The notes under the pieces: model-generated
What the model saw: only the letters and a program-made list of their open reading frames with translations
The model's database searches: none
What the model was told of the DNA's origin: nothing
Part shown: positions 27,415 to 40,969 of the stretch, one piece after another
How the letters are laid out: each line of letters starts with the position of its first letter
Numbering within the stretch: position 1 is the stretch's first letter
Translations under genes and position numbers: made by a program
Assembly: GCA_028534125.1 (NCBI GenBank)
Contig: CM052817.1
Location: forward strand, 76,882,001-76,946,000
DNA length: 64,000 nucleotides
Source of the DNA: Lama glama
Lineage: Eukaryota
Reading direction: 5' to 3'

Positions 27415-27852
27415 ATTTCATTGAGATATAATTGACATACAACATGGTATTAGTTTAAGGTGTACAACAGAATGATTTGACTTACATACATCATGAAATG
27501 ATTACCACAGTAAGTTTAGTGAATATCCATCATCTCATATAGATACAATAATTAAAGAAATAGAAAACAATGTTTTTCCTTGTGATGAGAACTCTCAAGA
27601 TTTACTCTTTAACAATTTTCATTATATATTTATTATGTTGTATATTACATCTTTAGTACTTATTTATCTTATAACTGGAAGGTTGTACATTTTGACTACT
27701 TCCATCCTATTTCCCCTTCCTCCACCCCACCCCCACATCCGGTAACTACAAATCTGATTTCTTTTTCTCTGAGTTTGTTTGTTTGTTTTTGAAGTATAAT
27801 TGACCGTGTTAGTTTCTGTTATAGAACATAGTGATTTGATATTTCTATACCT
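27415..27852 (-). mobile_element. L1 (L1MA9-like) 3' end
   Basis: ttgagatataattgacatacaacat...gtttaaggtgtacaaca...cttgtgatgagaactctcaagatttactct...tatcttataactggaaggttgtac. Confidence 0.9.
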
Positions 27853-28561
27853 GTTTCTGGAATTTCTTAATGCATTTGGCTTACTAAATTCATTTAAGTT
27901 CTTCAAATAATTCAGCTGTTAACTTGGGGCAGTATTTGAAGGGGACCATGCTAATGTCATTGTTACAGCCTTATCAAATTTATCATTCACCAAGGATAAG
28001 TTTCCCTCCTACTTTATACATAATATCAATTACTTTTTCCAGAAGAACTGTATACTGTTTGGTAAAACTTTTATAGATAAGACTGACAATAATAATGCAT
28101 CTTCTTTTAAGGAGTGTCCTCTCTGAAATAAGATCCTGAGTTTCGTGGAAGGATTCTTCTTTACCTTTGTTTCCTTGTTTTATTTGTTATTGTTTCAATG
28201 AGAAAGAGAATAATGTTAATTAGATGAAAGGAAATTAAATGGTAATTGACCTATAATGTTGCTTCCATCTTTCATTCTCTACAACTGAGGGAGATAATTT
28301 GTTTCTTTACCCTTACTTGGCAAATAAAGGACTTGAGGTATGGTGAAGTAGTATTACCTGCCCGAGGTCCTACAGCGAATGAAGGGCATCACTGAGATTG
28401 AGCCCAGGACTTCTAAATTTGTGCTTTCTCCATGACACTAAGCTGTCTCCTGTCACCAAGATTTCCTGGGAGACACTTGATTATTTTATTGTCATGGGTT
28501 TGGCTATCTTTGAATATGGGAAAAATAAAACTCTTCTCTCACTGTATATTATAGTTAATGA

Positions 28562-28646
28562 TCCTAAGTGAAGTAAGCCAGAAAGAGAAAGAAAAATACC
28601 ATATGAGATCGCTCATATGTGGATTCTAAAAAAAAAAGAACATAAA
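28562..28646 (+). mobile_element. 85-nt internal fragment of camelid L1 with 12-bp flanking duplication
   Basis: ctaagtgaagtaagccagaaagagaaagaaaaataccatatgagatcgctcatatgtgga is near-identical to 17818-17880. Flanked by TATAGTTAATGA at 28550-28561 and 28647-28658. Confidence 0.88.
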
Positions 28647-28859
28647 TATAGTTAATGAAACACTACAGACTCTTCTGCAGATCTGAGTAACTTCAGAGTG
28701 ATAAGGTCACACTTCTGTCTTACAAGTTACCATAATGCCACTCTGTTTCACAAGAGCTCATTATTAACACCTTTATCCAAAGACTTCTGTAACTTTCTTT
28801 ACTATAGCCATGCTTTTTTTTAAAATCCAAATTGTGAGACAAATAACATCATCCTCCTG

Positions 28860-29250
28860 GGGTTTCTGGACCATAAGAATATCACTAACTAGGAAAGCCC
28901 ACTTCAGCCTTGGTGTGCAGAGTCTTTAGTGGGGTTTCATTTTATAGGCATGATTGATTGAGTCATTGGCCACATGTTTGAACTCAGTCTCCAACTCATG
29001 TCTCCTACCTAGAGGAAAGGCTGATGTAACCTGGCTCAGAGCCCCAACTCTCTAGTTGCATAGTTGGTCTTTCTGGCATGGTTAAACTCTGCACTGAGTC
29101 ATCCAGTTAACATAAACTCAGATATGGACTCAGGGACTCACCATGAATAATAGAGACATTCCTATCACTCAGAAAATTCCAAGGATTTAGGGCTTACCTC
29201 CTGGGAACCAGGGATGATAAAGACCAGCCAATTTTTTTAATTATACAACA
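28860..29250 (-). mobile_element. MER21-like ERVL LTR (partial)
   Basis: Ends ...cctatcactcagaaaattccaaggatttagg...gggaaccaggga...aagaccagcc...attatacaaca, the reverse of the MER21 start TGTTGTATAAT. Homologous to 55950-56330. Confidence 0.8.
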
Positions 29251-31149
29251 GCTGCCAACAAAGGATGATTTTAAACTCTTAAACCAAATCTATTAAAAAT
29301 ATGATCATCACTGCAGATTTTCACATACCAGCCAGCAAACAGAATTTATATTATGAATTAAAGAGTACCCTGTAAAAAGAAAACTAGAAAGAAATCTAGT
29401 GGCCAAATCTATAAATATTGACCAAATTTATGTAAATATGCCCATCACATTTTAGGAGGTTTTCACTTTCTTAAATATACAGGAAGAAAACTATACATGT
29501 TTGTTTAAGATTTGATCATGGATTAAAAATAGTGCACTTATATTTAGCATCCAAACAGATCACTTCTAAAACCAGAAAGATTATGTCAAAGAAACACAGA
29601 ATTTTAAATCTGAACCTTAGTGACTACTTGCACAACCCCTTTATAAATTTCACAATTTAAAAAAATGAAAAATCAGATTCCTATACTTACCTAAGGTAAT
29701 TATTTCTTTCAAGATCTTTCACTTCAAACCATACCAGAAATATTATCATTTATCACAGGAACATACTCTAATGTTTACATTCTTAGTATTCAGTACCAAA
29801 CTTAGTTCCTTCACCTACAGATAAATCCTGATTTGCCTGGTTTGGGTCTAGGGAAGAAGGAAGATTCCTTTAAATAGTAATTTTACATACATTGAGCCAC
29901 CATCACTGCCATTTCTTACTTCCCCCAAGTCACAGCAAATGCTATAGAACTCCTTCTTTGAGTGCCTGAGGCCCAACAGGTTCATGTGTGGTCCATTAAT
30001 TTTACCAACATTGTCTTTAAAAGCTTTAAAATGCTCCTGAAAATTCAAGAGACTGTTTTATATATTTTGCTTCACACGTAGTGTGTAAGTATATATACGT
30101 GCATGTGTGTGTGTGTACGGAAGTGTCTTTTATGTGAAAGGTTTTAATTCCACTTTCCAAACATACTCCTGTCACCTGTAAAAATGTATTATTTTCTATG
30201 TGAAATAACATCTCAAACAACCACAGCTTTTAAGGATGACACTTTTAAAAATCGAAGCAAAACAATTTTTCTAGAAACAACTCTAAAATATACCACCAAA
30301 TGTAAACACAGAGAAGCTTTAACATAAGCCCACTTTAATTGTAAGTATAAATTCTCAGTACTATGAAAAAGTTAACCAAAGCATGAACTGAGGGAATGGG
30401 ACATTCTAACCAAAATGAACCACAGAAAAGCTTTTAGAAGTAAATAGAAATTACATTTGTAGTGAAGTTTTAGATTTTTTCTACTATAGAGTGTAGAATG
30501 TGTGTTTGATTTCCTATCATGGGTTTTTTAATTACATTAGTTTGTATACTTGCTAATCTGAGAAATATGGAAATAGGAAACAAGTCATCAGGTTATTTTT
30601 GAAAACTTAGAAGTTTTGTCTTTTTAGAAAGATGGAAATAGAGAAAAATATTAAAAGTAAAATACTATTCTTAATTACTAGCAAAAATTTAAATAAAGAA
30701 ATATCAAAGACAATAATAAACAATGAATTCTTCAGGAATAAAGTTATTGTGTTGCTCAAGTACTTGAATGACGATTTTTTTCCTTTTTTTCTTTTAGTTT
30801 TGGGGAAATTTTTCTAAGAAATATCACATCACATTTGCTTGATAAAACTGTATCATCTTCACATTCTCTATTTGGAAACATTTGAATGCACAATTTAGGA
30901 AAATACTGCAATTTTTAATTCCATACAGTATGGTTTAAATATAAATTCATAATAATGTCTGTTTTTAATTTTGAATTAAAATAATTTTAAACTATAGTCT
31001 CAAAAGTGTTTTCAGGTATTACTTACATAGGTGTTAAATTTCCCTGTAAGTCACTATATGTCCATTTTGCAGATGAACTGACAGATTAAGATAATTGAGA
31101 AAGTAAAAATTAGAATGAGAAGAGGGTGGTCAGAATCACTAATATTTCA

Positions 31150-32080
31150 CTAATATTACACACTTGTTCACTAATATTTGTTGGGTGCTTGCTGCTGGCA
31201 AGACACTGGGCATACAGCTGTGGATAAAACAGAACCCAGAACTCATGGAGCTTATTAGTTAATGAGAAAGAGAAACATTGAGAAGTCATTACATGAAGCA
31301 ATATTCACAAGCTATGTTGTGTACTGTGAAAACCAGATGAATGCTACTAAGACAAGCCTTAATGTGGACTTTATATAGATTACAACTTGTCAGTGGAGGC
31401 TTCTATGAAGATATGACAGAATTAATTACCTAAAAGAGGTATCATTTATCTAGGTGAAGAGATGAAGGAGGGAAATTCCAGTCTGGGAAAACCACATATG
31501 GGTGGATCCTGAGATAGGAAACTGCTTGGTGAGTTTTAGGCAAAGATTAATGTGACTAGACTACAATGAAGGGTGGAAGTGGTGCAAAATGAGGCAAGAA
31601 AGTGAAGCAAGGTCCTACCAGGCAAGGCCCGTGACCATCTTAAGGATTCTGTATTTTCTCTTAAGTGCAAAGGGAAACCACGGAAGGATTCTGAGTAGGA
31701 AGTCCCATGGTCATATCTGAGTCTTTTGAGTATTACTTTGGCTGCTATGTAGACAGTGGATTGGAAGCTGGCAAGATAGGAGACGGGTGGAAGAGTTAGG
31801 AGCCAGGGAACAAAGTGGTAGATTGGATTAGCGTGATGATGATGATGACAGAACTGGAGAAAAGTTGATAGATTTAAGGTTTATACTAGAGTTTTAATGA
31901 TAGGACATGATAATGAACTAGATTTATGAGCGAATGAAGAAACAGGTGTCAAGAATAGCCTCTATTTTTGACACAGCAACTAGTTGGTTGATAATTGATC
32001 GTGTCACTTAGTGACACAGAGGAACACTGGGGCAGGGAGCATTTCTGGTAAAGCCGAGAGGTGGGAAGGACGAGTTCAAT
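31150..32080 (-). mobile_element. L2 LINE 3' region
   Basis: ttcactaatatttgttgggtgcttgc...ctcatggagctt..., tactttggctgctatgtagacagtggattgga and tagttggttgataattg...gaggaacactgg. Confidence 0.75.
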
Positions 32081-32779
32081 TGTGAGACTAATCAATCCCA
32101 CTTATGTTCTAAATACTTCACATACATTTTATAGTAACATAGCCATATTCACCAGTCTTTTCAGTCTATGTCCTCTACTATGGAAATCTTGACAGATTAC
32201 TAAATTCCTAGCTCTGAGATGTTACTTTCAATCAAGGATTAATGAAAAGGATAAAGAGAATTAGCTTTTTAGGCTGAAATGTCTACGATTTTAGACTTTC
32301 TGTCCCAGATTACAAAATGATAATGTTAATTGCAAGTTAAAAGATCTGGAAGAGAATAATCAGTCAAGAATTTGGCATTATGACTAAATCTTCTAAAACA
32401 TAATAGTCTGCCTTACAGAACATACTAGCTGCAGTCTTAGCCCAAACTTTTCTATGCAGTAGGATTTCAGGTGTTCTCGCTGGTACTGAATGCAAATTTG
32501 GGGGTCAATTTCTGTTGCCTTTATCTCATTTAAAAGAGACTGCCTACTAACTGTAACTCTCAGTGATTCACAGGCCAGAGCCACATGGCATTGGTTCAGA
32601 GTATTTAGACAGATCAGGGGAATGCAAGTCCGAGAAGGGACAGTGGGACAGAAGCCACAGAAACTCTGCTGAAAAAAAAAAAAAGAATGGCCCAGTATTT
32701 TCATAACTTCCACATTATAGTTGACTTAAGTAGAATCATAGCTTATTTTAAAATGGAAGCAGGGCTTCCATTTTAAGAA

Positions 32780-33030
32780 ACAACATCCACTGAATGTGTA
32801 TTATGTTTCAGGAACTGCACTCAATGCTTTCCATGTATTATATGATTTAATTTCCTCTGAACACCTTGAAGGTAAGTACTCACATGACTAGCATTTGAGA
32901 GACCATGACATGAGGCTTAGAGGTCATAAATCATTCTCCAAAGCCACACAGGTGGTAAATGCAAGAGTGAAATGGCCAGATAGGTTTAACTCCAGAAGCA
33001 GGGTTTTCTGCCACTGGGTCACACTGTGCC
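32780..33030 (-). mobile_element. MIR SINE
   Basis: cactgaatgtgtattatgtttcaggaactgcactcaatgcttt...tgaggcttagaggt...ccaaagccacacaggtggtaaatg. Confidence 0.7.
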
Positions 33031-34478
33031 CTTACACGAATAAAAGAGAAGACTAAAAAATCTCAGTATTTCTTTAGTATTAAAAGCTAAAAATAAAAAC
33101 AAAAATTGGATATATGTTGGTTTGCAAATATTTGGGAATATTTCAAAATAAGGGAAATGTGTCTGCTGTGCTGAACCGTCCTTTCCTTACACGGTGTTCT
33201 GAAGACATAGGTGACCACTTACAGGTATTCAAAACTACCTTGCGCTTTCTACCAGCACAATTCCTCACAAATTTGGAGATATTTGACTTTTATAATGTAG
33301 TTCCTGTTACTGTGAATTTCATCCTGGCTTCATCCTATACCCTTTTAAAAACTATTAACCTGCAATTGTTCATTATTTTTCTCTAAACTTCTGTGATTGA
33401 AATTCGTTTTCTTTCAATTGGTCCATTATCACTGCACCCCTATTCTTAAAGCACTTTCGACAAATACTTCGACTTTTCTAACAGAAAGTATGTGTTGTTA
33501 AGTAATTTGCTTTAGTTTGAGTTTTTAAAAACAAGGGGGGAAAGCAATGAGGTATTTCAATTGACTTTATAGCAAAATTCTAAATGATATAGCAATAACT
33601 GCCTAGTTGTGGTCATTTCTACAAAGATGCAAATAAAATGAAGAACATGAAATGCTCCTCTCATCCTTCAGAAACACAGGTATAATCCACTCCACCTGTA
33701 ATACCACCACAGCAGCTCCCTTTCCACCATCCTCAACTCCAGCTGACTGAACTGAGTTTTGAAAGATGAAGAGTTCACAAGACGAAAGGGGCATTCCAAC
33801 TGGGTAGACAACGTACACAATGGACAGCAAAGCTGTGAAGGGAATCATTGGGGGTGGGGAAGATGAACACTGATAGGAGATAAGCTATGTTAGGTAGGTT
33901 GAAGTCAAATTTTGAGAGCCTCTTATGCCATATAGAAGGAGTCTGTCACTTAGGTAATGGCAGCCCATTTTCCTTCTGTGTTCAAGTGCTCATATATGTC
34001 CTTTAGCTCCTGTCATTAGTTACATTGAAAAATAAAGCCATGCCTTCTCCACTTTTTCCATATCCATCTGTAGCATATTTCTACAATTTAGGCATTTAGC
34101 AGCCCATTACTATGGTTCTCTGTATGTGAAATTGCACTTTGGCATGAAGAAAAACCATGAGTATTTCAAAGGAAGTCTGTTTGGGTGGAAATTTCTAAGA
34201 CTATAAAGCAATTGAAAAATACAGATAGAAAAATAAAATATCATTCAGGAGGAAAAAATGCACATCTACCACTGAAGCCATGAGTGTTCTTTTAATAAAA
34301 GATAGTTCATCTTTTCTGCAAACAGACTATCATGATTAATGGACCATCTCAAATGAAGAGGAATGATTACAATTATACAAAGTTGTCCCAAGCTCCCTCC
34401 AAAATTGTCCAGTTGTCACAAGAGATTTTATTTTTGGAATTTCCAGCCCTGATTAGGACCAAGTAAACAGAAGAAAGT

Positions 34479-34481
<3 letters not shown>

Positions 34482-34523
<42 letters not shown>
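34482..34523. repeat. (GT)21 microsatellite
   Basis: Read directly from sequence. Confidence 0.97.
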
Positions 34524-34526
<3 letters not shown>

Positions 34527-35123
34527 TTTGAAACTATTTTTTTAAATTAGACTCGTTTTATGTGTTAAAGCTGCTGGACTTCAAATCAACTAAATTTCCA
34601 GATTGTTTGGCTCTTTCAATACCTTCTACTTTCACTGTAACTAGGGCTTTGACTTCAAATAAATTTTTTCTATAACATTTGACCACATTTCTTAATCAAA
34701 AGTGTGTGCTCCTATCAAGACAGGGTACATTGTCTCCTACTGGCCCCCTAGCTGAGGGACCAACAGAAATGCGGCAAACTTGGTAGAAACTGGGCTACAG
34801 GCAAAATAAAATCCTGTTAGCAAGTCTAATGAATTCAGAATGAGTTCTGTCCCTCTAATAAATATTAGTTTTATTTTGTGGCATGTGCTGAGTGCTGTTT
34901 GTAGCAAGTGTTTGCCATTTAACCTAACTGAAATTGAGAGACTAGAAAAACAGGTGGCTGGGACAAGATGCACTGAATGCAGCCTCTTTCACATTATTCA
35001 TTAAAATCACTAGTCCTTCCCACCACTTCTAAAACAATAAATGTATCACCAGCAAGACTGGTGGAATGGCTATCCAGCTTCGCCAAGTCTAGAGGTCTTA
35101 ATATTTATCACTTTAATTTTACC

Positions 35124-35212
35124 AGATAGATAGATAGATAAACTGACTCACTATGCTACACAGCAGAAATTAACACAATATTGTAAACTGACTATATTTC
35201 AATTTTTAAAAG
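35124..35212 (+). mobile_element. Short L1 3' tail preceded by (GATA)4
   Basis: aactgactcactatgctacacagcagaaattaacacaatattgtaaactgactatatttcaa matches the 3' ends at 18145-18200 and 21050-21105. Confidence 0.85.
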
Positions 35213-35234
35213 ACTAAAAGATTAGTGCTTTAGG

Positions 35235-35614
35235 CAAAGTGCCATCAACCTAACCTCTGGGGAAGGAGGCTGGAAATTGAGTTCAACCATATGGGCAACA
35301 ATTCAACTAATCATGGTTCTGTAATGAAGCCTCAATAAAAATTCAAGACACTGACGCTCAGGTGAGCTACCTAGTTGACAATTGTCTCATTTTGTTTGTT
35401 CGTTGTTTTTTTATTGATGTATAGTCGACAATTGTCTTTTTGAGTGTTGTCACACCTTATGTGTAGCCAGGAGGATGTAATGTCTGGACTCCAGGGAGAG
35501 AGGACTAAAAGAAGCTTCATCTATGGGACTTTCCAGATCTTGCCCTGTGTGTATCTTCCTTTGGCTGGTTCTAATGTGTATCTTTTTGCTATAATAAAAC
35601 TATCATCATAAGTT
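35235..35614 (+). mobile_element. MER77/MER21-like ERVL LTR fragment ending about 45 nt before the exon 5 acceptor
   Basis: ggctggaaattgagttcaacc...gtaatgaagcctcaataaaa...gacactgacgctcaggtgagct is reverse-complementary to parts of 28900-28995 and 55950-56050. The 3' part reads tgtatctttttgctataataaaact. Confidence 0.7.
35388..35426 (-). mobile_element. 39-nt L1 tail insertion inside the LTR
   Basis: Reverse complement reads gactatacatcaataaaaaaacaacgaacaaacaaaatg. Perfect 11-bp TSD GACAATTGTCT at 35377-35387 and 35427-35437. Confidence 0.85.
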
Positions 35615-35659
35615 AAAAAAAATCTTACCACATTCTAACTAACACTTGCTTGGTCTTAG

Positions 35660-35866
<207 letters not shown>

Positions 35867-35950
35867 TAGGGTACAACTAATTCTGCCAGATTTATACTCT
35901 TCATTGGAAGAAAGAACGAAAGAGAAGAGCAAAATATCAAAAGCATAATA

Positions 35951-36045
35951 GGGGGCTGGGTATAGCTCAGTGGTAGAGCACATGCTTAGCATGCACGAGG
36001 ACCTGGATTCAATCCCCAGTGCCTCAGTCCCCAGCATTAAGAAAA
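35951..36045 (+). mobile_element. Camelid vic-1-type SINE, short form, 105 nt downstream of exon 5
   Basis: gggtatagctcagtggtagagcacatgcttagcatgcacgaggacctggattcaatccccagtgcctc: tRNA-Ala(AGC)-like head with intact A box and near-consensus B box. Confidence 0.9.
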
Positions 36046-39000
36046 GCTCCATACAAGCAGGAAACATATTTTTATCTAAGCAAAGGATGTTTTAATTAAA
36101 GGAGCTTCTTTTCAATTCTTCAAATATAACTTTAAAATGTTTTTTACTGACACTACTGCTATAAAGCAGACACTGATGTCAAAATACTAAGGAAACATTA
36201 CATCTAACGTGCGGATAATTTATAGAAGCCATCATTTCTTCCAAAGGTTATTTAGCAAGTAAAACTAACTCCATCTCTCTCTGTATTAATAACTGTGCCG
36301 CTCTTTTACAAGCCAAACCGTGTCCTTCCCTTTATCATGTCAGACCAAAAAGGAACTCAGCTATTTACAGCAAGAAGCCACATGTCCTCCATAATCATTA
36401 ACAGATCAGAATACAGAGTACAAATGAGAGGGGGTGTTAATTAAGTCATTTACATACACTGTCAAATTCTCTCCAAAGCTTCTCTATTTTGTGTTGTGTT
36501 TCTACACTGGTGACAAATGTATAGTGTCAAGATATATTATTCCCTAATACTTTGTGAGACCTCGCAAAGTAGGTAATTAAATCCCACTTTTCCCCAACTC
36601 AGAAAATCCAAAGAGAACTGGTGAAGTTAGGAGTGGGCCTCCTGATTTAGACGCACGGGGAAGGAGCCCCATGCAGAGCACTACATGTTCAGGCCCTATA
36701 ACTTTGTCAAACTGTGTTTGAACAGATGTCTACTCTTAAAATTAGGTGTAACTGATTTCTTTTCAGACAGTTTTCCTAGATCTGCAAAAATTCCAGATTG
36801 GATAATGGCATTTAACTTGGATCAACTTCCATCTTAACTTTCCCCTCAATAAAAACTGTTGTAAATGCTCAATGGGGACATAATGGCCACATTTCATCCC
36901 AGTCTGCCATTCCCCTTTACTGAAAATGAACTCACTGTGCCTCCAGCTGCCAGTCTTTTTGACCTGGGTTGTATTATAACGTAAAAGCAGACCAATATTC
37001 GCCTGCCATTTTTAAATCACATGCAGTCTTAGTAGAACAGTAAACTTAAGTCTCCAAGGACTTTATTGAATGGTATTCTCTTTTATTTCTGTTTCTTCTT
37101 GTACTGCCAGGGGACTTGCTTGGATATGTCACATGAGATACGTTCATTTTGGTCTCTCCTGAAACCATGTTTAACCTGTACTGTAAATGCATGAATCTTG
37201 CAGTAATAGGGGCTCTAACAGAGTTCCTGCTTTGATGGAACTGTCCCTGTGGTTTCTTTTATGCAACAATCCATGGAAACTCTTATCGCTTTGTGAGCCC
37301 TTGGATGAGAATTTCCAAGTGGGGGGTGTTCAGCAGGCAGTTGGTTGTGCAGTTAGAGAGGGAGGACAGGGCTTGGAGTCACCCAAGTAGAGCTGTAAGT
37401 TGAGAGGACAATAGCCAATATGCCCTCCTGGGGAGAGACTGCCAAGAAAAAAGAGCAGGGAACTGAGGAGTGAACCTTACCTGGATCACACCCATATTCT
37501 ATTGTATGAGAGGAGGGAAACTGTGCTTTTTTATGATCTATTCACAAATCAAACTCATAATGCCTTGAATGAAACTTATTATCTTCCCTTTCCACCAGCT
37601 TACGCCATCCTACTGTCCCTAATTCAGCTCTGCCATTTGAACATCACACTGACTGGGTCCTTCTGATCAGTCTGTACAGTCCATTAATAATTCCTTTATA
37701 ATACATACTTTATTTCCTTCCTTTCCCACAGCCTAATTTACTGCCCTGACTTCCATGTGTAGACTGTGTTCCGACTTTGCAGCGTCTCCCACCCCTCACT
37801 GCAGTCCATTGTGTAGACAGTGCCAACCTTTTAATCCTTCTAAAATGCTGCCTTCATCTTGGCCTTCCTAACCTCATTCCTTCTAGTTCTTTCCATATCC
37901 TTTAAAAGCTCTTCGCGGACCTGAAAGCAATTTAAACTAAGTCTATCTTTCTATTTCTTATTTTCCTATAGCTCACACAGATTCACTCCAGCCACAGAGG
38001 TCCGCAACAATATTGCTGTGTCCAGGACTTTGTCATTCTTTCCACCTTGAAAGACTTTCTGACCACTCTCTACCTATTCCTATTCCCTTTGTTCCTCAAT
38101 GTCAAGTCCCATAACTTACAGAATTTACTGTAAAGCACCTTGGCATATGTACAGCAGCTCAGTACCTAGGTCAGGCCTATACTGATCTTATTCTCCTCCC
38201 AATTCCTATAACACATCGTCTTGTAAGATTAGGAACATAAAAACTTACAAGATTTCAAGGTGTTTGCACCCTAACCAGAGTCTCTGAGGCTTCTGTCCTA
38301 TTGCATTGTCTACTGGGTAAGTTTTATCCTCACTCAATAAGGAACTGATGGAAAACCAGGACTCTCTATCCTACCCGCTGGTTGTTAAATGTGACTCTGT
38401 GGAGAGAGCCAGAGACCTTTAGGCAGTTAAACTACAGATCCTGATTATCTGCTTACTCTTTCTAACAGAGATGCCTGTTGATAGAGACTCCCATTAATCC
38501 TGCTGGCAGCCTCCTACGTGATCTTTACTGGGAACATTTATTGGCAGTTATCCCAGATTTAGGCCTTAGGTAACAGGATATTGGCTTGAGGTCCCATTGG
38601 CCAAGGTTCTTGTTGGCTATGGCTTTCATAACCATCTCCTAGTTATTGTCAGCAGCTATAAGGCTTCCAGGGGCTCATCAATGGCTCAGAGTTTGAATAT
38701 GATAGTGTTACACTCCCAGAAACAATTCTAGAAGGCAGTTCCCAACAGAATGCCTAAAACCCTCCTATTCCTTCCCTACACAAGAGAGCTGTTTCACGGA
38801 ACATGTTTGGTGTCCTGTAGCATTGTGTGTAGGGAGCAAGGCAATGGGCATGACCCTGTTACACTCGGATTATCTCCTCAGCTTCCTTTGGTGGTCCACT
38901 GACCGTCCTAGGGCTCACAGTGACTCTCACCCTCTCTGCAAGGGTGATCCTCCCCAGAGTTGCAGGGTGCAGCCTGGCACTTTCTCTTCCCTCAAAAATA

Positions 39001-40840
39001 ATTTGAGAAATACACAAAACTCACATTTCTTTTCATTTCTCTCTCTCTTTCGCATAGAATCATCTAGGCAATCAAGTCCCAAAGATGGCTCTGTATGTTG
39101 CCATAGTTTTTCAAGCAAGATACTCAGATTGAATCTTAAAAGCAATTCAGAATCACGCACTTTCAGAATGTAAACTTGGCATTTAATTACATGTGGGCAT
39201 CTCATCATGTAGCTTTGACGTATTTCTCTTTACCCTAACATACCTTAACTCCTTCAAAAATAGAAAGGATATATCTTTGTGTTCTCCCTCATGGACTTGC
39301 ATAGAGTTTAGAAAAAGTATTTGTTAAATAAATGAATAAGTGCTATATAAAATTTAATTTCCAGAAAATTACATTTCCATGAATTGTTAAGGAATATATT
39401 TGATTCAGATAGGATACCTTTGCACTTTGTTCTTTTTTGTCATTGATTTTGTGCATAACACTATGAAACTGTGTAGTGCTTTAAAATGTAAACATCATCA
39501 GAGCTAATAGTCTGCAATGAAACTGAAGTTGTTTTAACTATTTCATCAAGATAAAATAGCTTCTAGAGATATAACTTTAGTCAGTTTACCAAAATAAATA
39601 GGATATATAAAGTTTTGAATTACACAGCAATATATATAATGTACTGATTGAGCTGAGAAGTATGTTTTCTAGGAAAATTTTCCAAGGACTAGATTGAAAT
39701 TTATTATAATATATATTCAAATAAAAGAAAAAGAACTAGTATATGTATAGAGGGTCACAAGGCATGAGGAGTCCAATACAGGTAATATTTCTAAAGCACT
39801 TACTGAACCAAATATGCTTTAAAATCAAGACCGAAAACATGAAGATCAATTTGCTTAGGATAATAAGCAGAAGACCCACCTGGGTAAGATTCTGTAAAAC
39901 TTGTATCTCTCCAAAGTATACTCATTAATTTTCTGCTACTTCAAGTATATAATGACAAATGCATACCTTAAAGAAATCATTCTATAAAATCTAGCTTGAG
40001 AGTGGACCATCTTGCACAGCTCTTGTTCACACCTTCTTTTATAATTGTACTGATATTTAACCAGGAAAGCTGTAAGAATTTGAAAAAATGTCCTCATCAC
40101 AAATATGGGTAATTGAAGCAAATAATGGCTTTCACATACAAAGGATGAAGAGAAGGCTTTTTACCAAGTGATCTTTTATCATTTTGTTTGTGACTCTTTA
40201 TAAAAATTACTAATCAAATGCATAACGTCCTTCATACTTCTGGAACTGGCATGCTTCAGACTTAGAATTTAGGGCAATTACTACAGCCTGCAGTAGTCCT
40301 TTTAGACTACAGCAGAAACTATGCTTTGTGTCGCAAATATTTATTCTAATTTAAAATGCCATTTCCTAAGAATCACATTAGGTTAATAATTGACTTCATT
40401 TTCTAATGCACATGTAGAATTTGATAGAAGTGACATCCTTAAAATTTTTGCCTATTAGAATTACAGTGTAACATAGGCAATTCCAATATTTTTAAAGTCT
40501 CCTTTTTACTTCCCTTTTGTTTTATTTCTTAAGATTCTGGAACATATGAGACTTCATAACAGAAGTACTGACTTGGAGGTTTAAAATAGATAAATGGCTA
40601 AAATAATTCAAAGTCCTTTTTAGTTTTAACATATTCCTTCAACTCAATCTTCAATATTCCAGCTATACTGATATCAGCCTCACCTTCCCAGATTCTGAAA
40701 GACTTTGGGGTATTCGTTAAGAGTTGAATAATGATACCAGCTTGTCATAATCTTCCATGAGAAAAAAAAAAAAAAGAAGCTAAGTTTCAACTTATTAGTT
40801 GGTTGAAAGGAACTTTTTCCTTACTTGTTCATTCTTTTAG

Positions 40841-40969
40841 GTTCTTCCAAGACAAACCTGTGGGCTTTTCACTCACACAATTTTCTACAAAGAATATCCA
40901 GGCGGTCCAAAAGAGCTGGATAAGAGTATCCAAGGAGGTGAACTTTTCTTCACTGTGGTCCTCAACCCA
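40841..40969 (+). CDS. NDST3: NDST3 internal coding exon (probable exon 6, 129 nt, phase 0 to 0): [43 protein letters not shown]
   Basis: Strong acceptor (ttccttacttgttcattcttttag) and donor CCA/gtaagt. Contains the [12 protein letters not shown] motif; [22 protein letters not shown] is NDST3-type. Confidence 0.96.

Noticed and set aside
35955..36026. Possible functional tRNA-Ala(AGC) gene, and the five similar tRNA-like heads
   Set aside because: The acceptor and T stems are mismatched and there is no downstream T-run terminator. Sister copies have A-rich tails and TSDs, so these are SINE copies.
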